64,000 nucleotides of DNA from assembly GCA_963787125.1 (NCBI GenBank), contig CAWBBV010000006.1, forward strand, positions 96,001-160,000, read 5' to 3'. Origin of the DNA: an uncultured delta proteobacterium. GTDB lineage: Bacteria; Desulfobacterota; Desulfuromonadia; Geobacterales; DSM-12255. Below the pieces are notes generated by a model. The model worked only from the letters and a program-made list of their open reading frames with translations, searched no databases and had not been told where the DNA came from. Each line of letters opens with the position of its first letter. The stretch's first letter is position 1. The position numbers were made by a program, and so were the translations under genes. Shown piece after piece: positions 52,049 through 60,331 of this stretch.

Positions 52049-52111
52049 TTCAAACTTCCTTAAAGACGGATTATGCCGTCAAAATAACTGGAAAAGGAGT
52101 AATACCGGAAA

Positions 52112-53698
52112 ATGCTCGGCATAATGAGGAAATATAAAGAGTCGATTGTAATCAAGATTGTATTTGTCGTAATTGTTCTCTCTTTCATCGGAACAATATT
52201 TCTGGTCTGGGGGAAAGGTGGCGACGGTGCTGGCGGTGCAACGGGCTACGCTGCCAAGGTTGACTCAACTAAAATCGGTCTGGATGATTTCCAGCAGTCC
52301 TACTATCGCCTCAGAGGCATCTATGAGCAGATTTATCAAAAGTCACTCCCGCCTGAAGTCGAAAAACAGCTCGGCATAAAGAAAATGGCACTGGACAATC
52401 TGATTGAATCGCTTCTAGTCCGCAAAGCTGCCAAGAAAATGGGGATATCCGTCAGCAAGGATGAAGTTACTGCAGCAATTGCAGCTGTACCTGCTTTCCA
52501 GAAAAACGGAGCTTTTGACTTTCAGCAGTACCAACAGACCCTTAAAGGAAACAGGATGACCCCTGGCGATTTTGAGGAATCACAAAAGAATGAATTGATG
52601 ATAAAGAAGGCTCGTAAAACCATTCAGGACAAGGCAACTGTATCAGATACAGATGCAGAGAGTTATTTCCATAAGAAAAACGACAAGATTGAACTGCAGT
52701 ACACAATTATTTCGCCTGAATCGGTTATTTCTGACGTCAAGCTTTCTGAACAGGATCTCACCGGCTACCTGCAAACTCACCAGGAGCAGTTCAAGACAGC
52801 AGAACAGATCAGCATCCAGTACATCCTCATAGATCCGTCAGCTCTTGCTACCAACGTGTCTGTTTCTGATGAAGAGATAAACAGTTACTATCAGAAAAAT
52901 ATTGACCGCTATCAGGGCAAAGGTGGCATCCTTCCTCTTGCCGAAGTTAAAGATAAGGTAAAGGTCGATGCCGTAAAACAAAAAGCCGGCAAAGAGGCTT
53001 ACGAAAAGGCTGCTGACACTATCAACAAAAACATAGCCGCTGCAAACCTTCAGGGGACCGCGTCGGCTCTCGGCGGAAAAATCGTGGAATCGCCGCTCTT
53101 TACAGCAAAAAACCCACCGGCAAATCTGGCCACCGAAACAGCTCTCCTCAAGAAAGCTTTTCTCCTCAAAGCAGGGGAGATGGCTGGCCCGATAGAGACG
53201 GCAAAAGGTATTTACGCAGTCAAACTGAAAGAGCGCAAAGCAGCTGAAGTACCCCCTCTTGCTCAGATCAAGACAGCTGTTGAAGCTGTTGCAAGGATGG
53301 ATAAGGCCAAGGAACTTGCTGCCAAGCGGGCTGAAGAGACTCTGGCCAACCTTGCCAAGAGTCCGACTGCCGTAAAGATGCTGGAGACCGGCAGTTTTTC
53401 CTTTAACGACCAGAACAATCTTCCTGGCATCGGCGTTTCCAGGGATCTGCTGGAAGCGGCTTTCACCCTCACCACTGCGGCACCACTACCTAAGACCGCC
53501 ACAAAAATTGACCAGAAATGGGTTATTGTTAGGCTCAAGAACAGGACTGCAGCAAGTAGTGATGCTTTCCAGAAGAGCAAAGAAGATATCAAAAAAGAGA
53601 TGCTCCCTAAAAAGCAGCAAGAAGCGCTTGATGCCTGGATCAAAGAGTTAAAGGCTGCTGCAAAGATTGAAATCAATAAACAACTTATCGCCGATTAA
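52112..53698 (+). CDS. PpiD/SurA-N-domain periplasmic chaperone
   Basis: MLGIMRK + N-terminal anchor, [17 protein letters not shown]-terminal [10 protein letters not shown]. Confidence 0.85.
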   Translation: MLGIMRKYKESIVIKIVFVVIVLSFIGTIFLVWGKGGDGAGGATGYAAKVDSTKIGLDDFQQSYYRLRGIYEQIYQKSLPPEVEKQLGIKKMALDNLIESLLVRKAAKKMGISVSKDEVTAAIAAVPAFQKNGAFDFQQYQQTLKGNRMTPGDFEESQKNELMIKKARKTIQDKATVSDTDAESYFHKKNDKIELQYTIISPESVISDVKLSEQDLTGYLQTHQEQFKTAEQISIQYILIDPSALATNVSVSDEEINSYYQKNIDRYQGKGGILPLAEVKDKVKVDAVKQKAGKEAYEKAADTINKNIAAANLQGTASALGGKIVESPLFTAKNPPANLATETALLKKAFLLKAGEMAGPIETAKGIYAVKLKERKAAEVPPLAQIKTAVEAVARMDKAKELAAKRAEETLANLAKSPTAVKMLETGSFSFNDQNNLPGIGVSRDLLEAAFTLTTAAPLPKTATKIDQKWVIVRLKNRTAASSDAFQKSKEDIKKEMLPKKQQEALDAWIKELKAAAKIEINKQLIAD

Positions 53699-53714
53699 CC
53701 TGAAGGAGCGCTAC

Positions 53715-54605
53715 ATGTCAATACTTGTTCTAAATACCGAATTTAACGATCTCAAACTGGCAGCCCGCGGCAAGGTTCGAGATATCTATGACCTTGGCGA
53801 TACGCTTCTACTGGTTACTACTGACCGGATTTCAGCCTTCGACGTTATCATGAATGAAGGCATTCCTGACAAGGGGTATGTTCTCAATCAAATATCAAGC
53901 TTCTGGTTCAAAATGATGGAAGATATAATCCCTAATCACATTATCTCTACTGATGTTAATGACTATCCGGAAGTTTGCAAAAAATACTCTGCAGAGCTTG
54001 AAGGACGCTCGATGCTGGTTAAAAAAGCGAAACCCCTCGCTGCAGAGTGCATCGTCCGTGGCTATCTGTCAGGTTCCGGCTGGAAAGATTATTCAGCAAA
54101 CGGCTCGGTGTGCGGCATAAAGCTCCCTGCCGGCCTTGTCGAGTCAGACAAGCTCCCTGAACCGATCTTTACCCCCTCAACAAAAGCTGAACTGGGTACT
54201 CATGACGAAAACATCTCCTTTGATGAGATGGTGAAGCTCTGCGGTAAAGACCTTGCCGAACAGGTTCGTGATGTCACCATCAAGATTTATGGCAAGGCAA
54301 GGGATTACGCTGAAACAAAAGGGATTATCATTGCTGATACTAAATTTGAGTACGGCATTTTTGAGGGTAAGCTTATCATAATCGATGAATGTCTCACCCC
54401 TGACTCCAGCCGCTTCTGGCAGCAAGATCTTTATAAACCGGGCGGCGCCCAGCCAAGCTTCGACAAGCAGTTCCTCAGAGACTACCTTGAAACACTCGAC
54501 TGGGGGAAAACAGCTCCTGCCCCGCCGCTCCCTGACGAGATTGTCAGAAAGACCGGAGAGAAGTACATGGAAGCTCTGGTCAAGCTGACAGGCAAAGGCA
54601 GATAG
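53715..54605 (+). CDS. purC: Phosphoribosylaminoimidazolesuccinocarboxamide synthase
   Basis: [54 protein letters not shown]. Confidence 0.97.
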   Translation: MSILVLNTEFNDLKLAARGKVRDIYDLGDTLLLVTTDRISAFDVIMNEGIPDKGYVLNQISSFWFKMMEDIIPNHIISTDVNDYPEVCKKYSAELEGRSMLVKKAKPLAAECIVRGYLSGSGWKDYSANGSVCGIKLPAGLVESDKLPEPIFTPSTKAELGTHDENISFDEMVKLCGKDLAEQVRDVTIKIYGKARDYAETKGIIIADTKFEYGIFEGKLIIIDECLTPDSSRFWQQDLYKPGGAQPSFDKQFLRDYLETLDWGKTAPAPPLPDEIVRKTGEKYMEALVKLTGKGR

Positions 54606-54613
54606 ATTAAACA

Positions 54614-54640
54614 GGCCCCGGAAGCGATTCCGGGGTTTTT
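54614..54640 (+). terminator. Intrinsic terminator after purC
   Basis: GGCCCCGGAA-GCGA-TTCCGGGGTT followed by Ts. Confidence 0.8.
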
Positions 54641-54735
54641 ACTTTTAGTAGGTTAGAAGTATTTTTTTGCGCATTACCAGCAGATAATTACTTCATTAGC
54701 GCACTTACCCTGTTTAACGGGTTCAGGAGTCATTG

Positions 54736-56124
54736 ATGCAAGATAAAATAAGACTGATCGATTCCCATGCTCACATTTACGGCAAAGAGTTCGCTGCTGA
54801 TTTCGACCTAATGATGCAACGGGCAGTTGATGCGGGGATAGAGACAATAATAGTCGTCGGGGCAGATCTTGAGTCAAGTATTCAGGCAGTGACGTTGGCG
54901 CAGAAATTTACGAATCTTTATGCTGCAGTAGGTATTCACCCTCATGACGCCAATCGTGTTACCGAAGAGTGTTACAAAAAGATTATAGCTCTTGCCGAAA
55001 ACAACGATAAAGTTGTGGCCATCGGTGAGATCGGCCTTGATTTTTATCGTGACCGTTCACCACGGCCCGATCAAGAGCAGGTTTTCCGCAGGTTCATTCA
55101 GATTGCCAGAAAGCTTTCCCTGCCGGTCATCATCCATGATCGTGATGCTCACGAACGAGTCATGAGCATCCTTCGCGAAGAGTGTGCCGCTGAAGTTGGC
55201 GGGGTACTGCACTGCTTCTCCGGTGATCTGCAGATGGCACAGGAGTGCATTGATCTTGGCTTTTACATTTCCATTCCAGGGACCGTTACTTACCCCGGCA
55301 ACCTCGCCCTCCACGAGATAGTCAGAAGTATCAAGACTGAGCATCTCCTGGTAGAAACCGACTGTCCCTATCTCTCGCCGGTCCCTTATCGCGGCAAACG
55401 GAATGAACCTGCCTATGTGAGACTTGCCGCTGAAAAAGTTGCCGAGCTGAAGGGGCTCACCCTTGCTGATGTTGCGAGGATCACAAAACTCAACAGTGAA
55501 AGGCTTTTCCGGCTGGGAAATATATCAGGCAACGAAACTATCGCCTATAAAATACGCAACTCTCTTTATCTGAACATCACCAATCGCTGCTCCAACAGCT
55601 GCACTTTCTGTGCAAAGTTCGAGGATTTTACTGTTAAAGGTCATCATCTTCAGCTGCAGCACGAACCCTCGGCACAAGAAGTACTTGAGGCTATCGGGGC
55701 GAGAGTCGATTTTGACGAAGTAGTTTTCTGCGGTTATGGTGAGCCGCTTATCAGGCTGGATGTTGTCAAAGAGGTGGCAGCAGAACTCAAGCGAAGGGGA
55801 AGCAGGGTCAGGATCAACACTGACGGCCAGGCAAATCTCGTTCACGGTAGAGACATTCTCCCTGAACTTGCAGGAATAGTTGACACCATCTCGGTCAGCC
55901 TGAATACAGCTGACCCGGCACAATATCAAAAACTCTGCCGGACACCGTTCAAGGATGCCGGATTCAGGGGGGTCTGCGATTTCCTTAAAGGCGCCACCCA
56001 GTATATTCCGGAAGTTGTCGCAACGGCGGTGACAGTCCCCGGGGTAGATATCAGCGCAGTTAAAAAGCTGGCGGAAGCACTCGGGGTAAGTTTCCGCGAG
56101 CGGGAGTATGCTGAGGTAGGCTAG
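54736..56124 (+). CDS. TatD-family hydrolase fused to a C-terminal radical SAM domain
   Basis: DSHAH, GIHPH, GEIGLD, HCFSG, ETDCPY; then LYLNITNRCSNSCTFC (CX3CX2C) and VFCGYGEP. Confidence 0.92.
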   Translation: MQDKIRLIDSHAHIYGKEFAADFDLMMQRAVDAGIETIIVVGADLESSIQAVTLAQKFTNLYAAVGIHPHDANRVTEECYKKIIALAENNDKVVAIGEIGLDFYRDRSPRPDQEQVFRRFIQIARKLSLPVIIHDRDAHERVMSILREECAAEVGGVLHCFSGDLQMAQECIDLGFYISIPGTVTYPGNLALHEIVRSIKTEHLLVETDCPYLSPVPYRGKRNEPAYVRLAAEKVAELKGLTLADVARITKLNSERLFRLGNISGNETIAYKIRNSLYLNITNRCSNSCTFCAKFEDFTVKGHHLQLQHEPSAQEVLEAIGARVDFDEVVFCGYGEPLIRLDVVKEVAAELKRRGSRVRINTDGQANLVHGRDILPELAGIVDTISVSLNTADPAQYQKLCRTPFKDAGFRGVCDFLKGATQYIPEVVATAVTVPGVDISAVKKLAEALGVSFREREYAEVG

Positions 56125-57428
56125 GAAGACACGGAGAGTTCCAGAAGCTTCTGGTAAAACCCTTCTGGTGAAGCATTAAAAACATTCGGTTCACACTGAA
56201 GTTCTTTTGCAATATCATCAAGGGTCACTTCATCCAGAAACAACCCTTCACCCTCCTTGAGCATCACATCAGGGATGAGCAGTAAAGAACCCGTTTCCAG
56301 CCCTTGCAACTCTTTGAGAATATCTGCACCTGTGACAAGTCCGGAAACGGTAACCTCTTCACCGAAAAAACGGTTCCTTATCGGAATAAGATTGATACTT
56401 ATGCCGGTCACAACAGCCAGTTTCCCTATGAACTCGGCAATGAAACGATAGGGAGAAAGCCCGGTGACAACCGTTACCGGCGGCAGTGATATTGCCATTG
56501 CAGATTCCAGAACGTCGCCACTCTCTACAATAAAAAGCGGAATCATCCCCACACCATTCTCAAACTGGGGCAGCTCCCCGTAACTTGCAAGGTGCGGGAA
56601 GCTGCGTCCACCCTTTATAAAAAATTCGTCGGCGAGATAGAGAAAACCCCTTCCAAGCCTCTCTTCAAGCTGATACTGCTTAGGTAGCCACTCATCGACG
56701 AAAGCAGCAGCATACACCTCGCTAACGGGCAGAAGAATCTCAAGTCCACTTCTATGCTGAGTCAGACCAAGCGGCACAATTGCCACAGACTCAACCATTG
56801 GATAAAATGCAGCAAGATCTTCCACCGTATTTGCCAGAATTTCGCCATCATTTATACCAGGGCAGAGAACTATTTGCGTATGCATGACAATACCTGCATC
56901 TGCCAGGGTTTTTATTGTTGCCAGAATCGGGACAAGGTTATTGCGACCGAGCAGCCGCTCCCTTAAAGCATTATCAGTGGCATGTACCGAAACGTACAGG
57001 GGAGAGAGGCGCTGCTCTTTGATTCTTTCGATCTCTTCAGGAAGGATATTGGAAAGAGTTACATAATTGCCATAAAGAAACGACAGTCGATAATCTTCAT
57101 CTTTGACGTAAAGAGGGCTCCTGAGACCTCTCGGGAGTTGATGAACAAAGCAGAAAATACAGTTATTGCCACATGAAGCCGGCAAAGGCGGCGGAAACGA
57201 TATCCCCAGACCTGAATCAGGTCGGTCGAACTCGATCTCCCAAAGCTCATCATCAGGTTTTTTTATGAGAAAAACCAGTTCATCATCACCAGCGTAGAAA
57301 TTATAATCGATGATATCTCTGACAATGGCACCATTAATCATCAGCAGCCGGTCACCCGCCTCAATTTCCAACTCTTCAGCGATACTGCCTTTTACAACTT
57401 CTTCAATAAGCAGACCATCGGCAAGCAT
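56121..57428 (-). CDS. PDZ + radical SAM-like DUF512 protein
   Basis: N-terminal PDZ-like segment, CGNNCIFCFVHQLP, KDEDYRLSF, PGINDG, QFENGVG. Confidence 0.88.
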   Translation of the reverse strand: MLADGLLIEEVVKGSIAEELEIEAGDRLLMINGAIVRDIIDYNFYAGDDELVFLIKKPDDELWEIEFDRPDSGLGISFPPPLPASCGNNCIFCFVHQLPRGLRSPLYVKDEDYRLSFLYGNYVTLSNILPEEIERIKEQRLSPLYVSVHATDNALRERLLGRNNLVPILATIKTLADAGIVMHTQIVLCPGINDGEILANTVEDLAAFYPMVESVAIVPLGLTQHRSGLEILLPVSEVYAAAFVDEWLPKQYQLEERLGRGFLYLADEFFIKGGRSFPHLASYGELPQFENGVGMIPLFIVESGDVLESAMAISLPPVTVVTGLSPYRFIAEFIGKLAVVTGISINLIPIRNRFFGEEVTVSGLVTGADILKELQGLETGSLLLIPDVMLKEGEGLFLDEVTLDDIAKELQCEPNVFNASPEGFYQKLLELSVSS

Positions 57429-57455
57429 TAACTCTCCTGACTCCGGAACAGAGTA

Positions 57456-57579
57456 ATTCCATTTCTAAATCAAAGCGCCATCTTCGTTGGCTCGTCTTCA
57501 GCTCCTCAGCGTACTGATGTACTGCTCCGTCGCTTCAATCCTCGCCGCCTTGATTTCAGCTTCGATTTAGAATTGGAAT
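57456..57579. repeat. 124-bp palindromic MITE/REP-like element
   Basis: 21-bp terminal IR with 2 mismatches (ATTCCATTTCTAAATCAAAGC / GCTTCGATTTAGAATTGGAAT); central GTAC-tgat-GTAC. Confidence 0.7.
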
Positions 57580-57599
57580 AAGTTTTACCTTAATAAACA

Positions 57600-57626
57600 G
57601 AAAAGGGCTCCCGAGGAAGCCCTTTC
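57600..57626 (-). terminator. Intrinsic terminator of hfq
   Basis: Minus strand GAAAGGGCTTCC-tcg-GGAGCCCTTTTC followed by TGTTT. Confidence 0.75.
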
Positions 57627-57649
57627 AATCGAATTATCAAGTACAAAGA

Positions 57650-57874
57650 TTACTGATGCAGTCTGAACTGGCCGTCAGTCGAGGTCAATGAGGCCACCGA
57701 ATGTTTATATATGAGGATATCGCCTTGAACTTCAAGTAGAATTGAGAAATTATCAAAAGACTTAATATAACCCTCTATAACATCACCTGACATCAGTTTA
57801 ATGGAGATCTTTACGCGCTCCTTACGGGATTGGTTCAGAAATTGATCCTGAATATTGAACGGCGCCTTTGTCAT
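57650..57874 (-). CDS. hfq: RNA chaperone Hfq
   Basis: NIQDQFLN, G.IKSFDNFSILL, LIYKHSV. Confidence 0.95.
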   Translation of the reverse strand: MTKAPFNIQDQFLNQSRKERVKISIKLMSGDVIEGYIKSFDNFSILLEVQGDILIYKHSVASLTSTDGQFRLHQ

Positions 57875-57913
57875 AACATCTCCTCTAAGATAATAACGTT
57901 CTCAAGCTTCGTA

Positions 57914-57941
57914 ATAATAGCAGAAGTTTTGAGATAATCAA
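57914..57941 (-). promoter_or_regulatory. Putative hfq promoter
   Basis: TTGATT, 16 nt, TATTAT with TGn extension. Confidence 0.5.
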
Positions 57942-57954
57942 GAACATTGAAGCG

Positions 57955-59169
57955 TCAGGCAGCAGGTCCGTAGCCACCCATCTTGAAACTGAATACCCCT
58001 TTAACCAGGTATTTAGGCGCTGGAGACACCGAAGAGTCGTAATCAGTCAGAACTACATCGAAAGTTCCGCTGACACTATCAGACATAACGGAATCCTGAG
58101 TAAAGATAATTGTCCCTTTTTCAACCTTTTTGGCAGTAGATTGGAGGCCATCAAGGACAGAGAAGGTGCCTGGAAACTGTTCATGGAGGCCGCCCGCTTC
58201 AATGGAAAAAGGCTTGTTCAGGTCTGGTAAATGAACAGAATCTGTTTTAGGGATATCTATTCGAAGGACAGTCCGGGAATTAATGTCTGTCAGGGAGGTA
58301 GCTACATTGGCCTGAATCGACCAGAAACTCTGATTGTCCGTTGAGTAGTAGAAGTTCGGGGCAACCGAAAATTTATAGTCGCTCTCCGAAATCTGCAGAT
58401 AATTTGTTTTGATGAGATTGGAAACAGCTTGATGAACCGGAGTGGAAGTTGACACTGCCACTGAAATGGAAGGAGCAGCAATCTGTGGGCTACCACCACC
58501 GCCGCCACAACCCTCAAAAGAGAGCGCTGAAAGTGATACAACCGTCACAAGAACAGCTCTTAAAAGTTTTCGCTGAAGATTGATCCCGCGGTTTACCTGA
58601 TGAGGATGCGCATACCCCTCCTCAACCAGCACTTCGCCAAGTTTCTTACGTGATTGTTGTTGTTTCTGCAGAGCGTCTGATAATTGTACCCGGGTGATAT
58701 ACCCTGAAGATATAAGAATTTCGCCAAGCCTCAGAGGTGATGGCTGAGTCTGACCAAGCTCCTGATTCTGCTGAAATCTTAAAACCGAATCAACCTGAGG
58801 CTCAGACAACAGCCCCATTTTTACAAGAATGTCCCCCAGCCTTTCTCCGGTAATTTTCTGTTCTTCAAGAGCGAAATCAAGCTGCTCAGGCGTCACCTTA
58901 CCAGTCATAAGGAGAAGAGAACCCAGCATCTTTCTGATACCGGCTGCCGACCTGACCGCATCTTCCAGACTCGAGAGATGATCCTGAATCGACAGGGCTG
59001 CATCAAGATCAGTCTTGTCAAGAACACCCATATTGACAAGCACCTGGCCGAGTAGCTCATTAGAGTGCTTCTGCACTTCAAGTGCAAGCTCAAGATGATC
59101 GCTTTCTATAAAGCCGCCATCTATGAGTATCTGGCCTAGCGGTCGCCTTGATTTAGCTGTATTTAACAT
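57955..59169 (-). CDS. Triple MshEN-like domain protein with internal lipoprotein-like signal and extracytoplasmic C-terminal domain
   Basis: Six 24-aa xLGxxLxxxGxxxxxxLxxxLxxQ motifs in three pairs; then RKLLRAVLVTVVSLSALSFEG-C-GGGGGS. Confidence 0.8.
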   Translation of the reverse strand: MLNTAKSRRPLGQILIDGGFIESDHLELALEVQKHSNELLGQVLVNMGVLDKTDLDAALSIQDHLSSLEDAVRSAAGIRKMLGSLLLMTGKVTPEQLDFALEEQKITGERLGDILVKMGLLSEPQVDSVLRFQQNQELGQTQPSPLRLGEILISSGYITRVQLSDALQKQQQSRKKLGEVLVEEGYAHPHQVNRGINLQRKLLRAVLVTVVSLSALSFEGCGGGGGSPQIAAPSISVAVSTSTPVHQAVSNLIKTNYLQISESDYKFSVAPNFYYSTDNQSFWSIQANVATSLTDINSRTVLRIDIPKTDSVHLPDLNKPFSIEAGGLHEQFPGTFSVLDGLQSTAKKVEKGTIIFTQDSVMSDSVSGTFDVVLTDYDSSVSPAPKYLVKGVFSFKMGGYGPAA

Positions 59170-59195
59170 GGCCGTTTCCTTATGAAAGGTGGAGC

Positions 59196-59224
59196 ATTAT
59201 GGATATCATAACGCTTCTGTTCAA
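59196..59224 (-). promoter_or_regulatory. Putative promoter of the MshEN-like gene
   Basis: TTGAAC, 17 nt, CATAAT. Confidence 0.4.
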
Positions 59225-59242
59225 AAAAAGTACACTAAAAAA

Positions 59243-60202
59243 TTACCAATCAATTCCGCTGCTCAAAAACTTGGTCACACAAGCTGAGACGTCTTCACGA
59301 ATTAATGGAAATTTAAACCACTTCACTTCTTGATCGCTATTAAACCAGGTAAGTTGCCTTTTGGCATAATGCCTGCTCTTCTGCTTTATAAGCTCTATTG
59401 CGGCAGAAAGACTGTATTTGCCGGCAAGATATTCGCAAATCTCCCTGTAGCCAATGGACGCCAGTGACTTGGTTTCAGGAGAATACCCCTTTGCAAGGAG
59501 CAACTCGACTTCTGCAACAAGACCGGCGGCGATCATCAGGTCAACCCTGGCATTAATCCGCCGATAAAGTTCTGCCCTTTCAACATTTATTCCAATTTTC
59601 AATGAGTTATACCATTCTAACGTGAATCGGTGCTCACTCTGGAGCGCAGAGATTGGCTGTCCGGTCTGCCTGAACACCTCCAGTGCCCTGATAACCCTCA
59701 CCCGGTTGTTAGGGTGGATCTTTGCTGCGGAAGCCGGATCAACCGCCCGGAGAGATTCAAGCAGTTGCTCATTACCGAGCTGATCCGCAAGATTATTGTA
59801 CTCGGCTCTGGCGGCATCATCCGCACCTGGAACCTCTGCAAGCCCGTGCAGAAGTGCTTTTATATAGAGACCGGTGCCACCAACAATTATCGCAGTTCTA
59901 TCTCTGGCGCAGATCTCATTAACTACGTTTCTGCCAAGTTCGCAATAATCAGCAGCAGTAAACTCCTCGTCTGGATCAACAATGTCGAAGAGGTGATGGG
60001 GAATATGCTGCATAATCTCAGATGAGGACTTTGCCGTTCCGATATCCATCCCCCGGTAAACCTGCATGGAATCGGCGTTGACAATTTCACCGGCAAACTT
60101 TTCAGCCAGATTTACAGCCAGATCACTTTTACCGGAAGCGGTCGGGCCGACAATTATAATAATTTTCTGTTTTTTGGTTTTGGGAAATTCGCTAACGGTC
60201 AC
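59243..60202 (-). CDS. miaA: tRNA dimethylallyltransferase
   Basis: GPTASGKS, DSMQVYRGMDIGTAK, VGGTGLY, YAKRQLTW. Confidence 0.97.
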   Translation of the reverse strand: MTVSEFPKTKKQKIIIIVGPTASGKSDLAVNLAEKFAGEIVNADSMQVYRGMDIGTAKSSSEIMQHIPHHLFDIVDPDEEFTAADYCELGRNVVNEICARDRTAIIVGGTGLYIKALLHGLAEVPGADDAARAEYNNLADQLGNEQLLESLRAVDPASAAKIHPNNRVRVIRALEVFRQTGQPISALQSEHRFTLEWYNSLKIGINVERAELYRRINARVDLMIAAGLVAEVELLLAKGYSPETKSLASIGYREICEYLAGKYSLSAAIELIKQKSRHYAKRQLTWFNSDQEVKWFKFPLIREDVSACVTKFLSSGIDW

Positions 60203-60331
60203 AAAGTCTCTCCGTCTGAGCCTGATAACAGGATAAATGCTATAAAAAAGTAATTTTCTAAAACTGAGTAGAATAAATCGAACTTACTAAAAAATTACTA
60301 CAGATTCATTCTTGTCGCAATTTCTTAAAAA

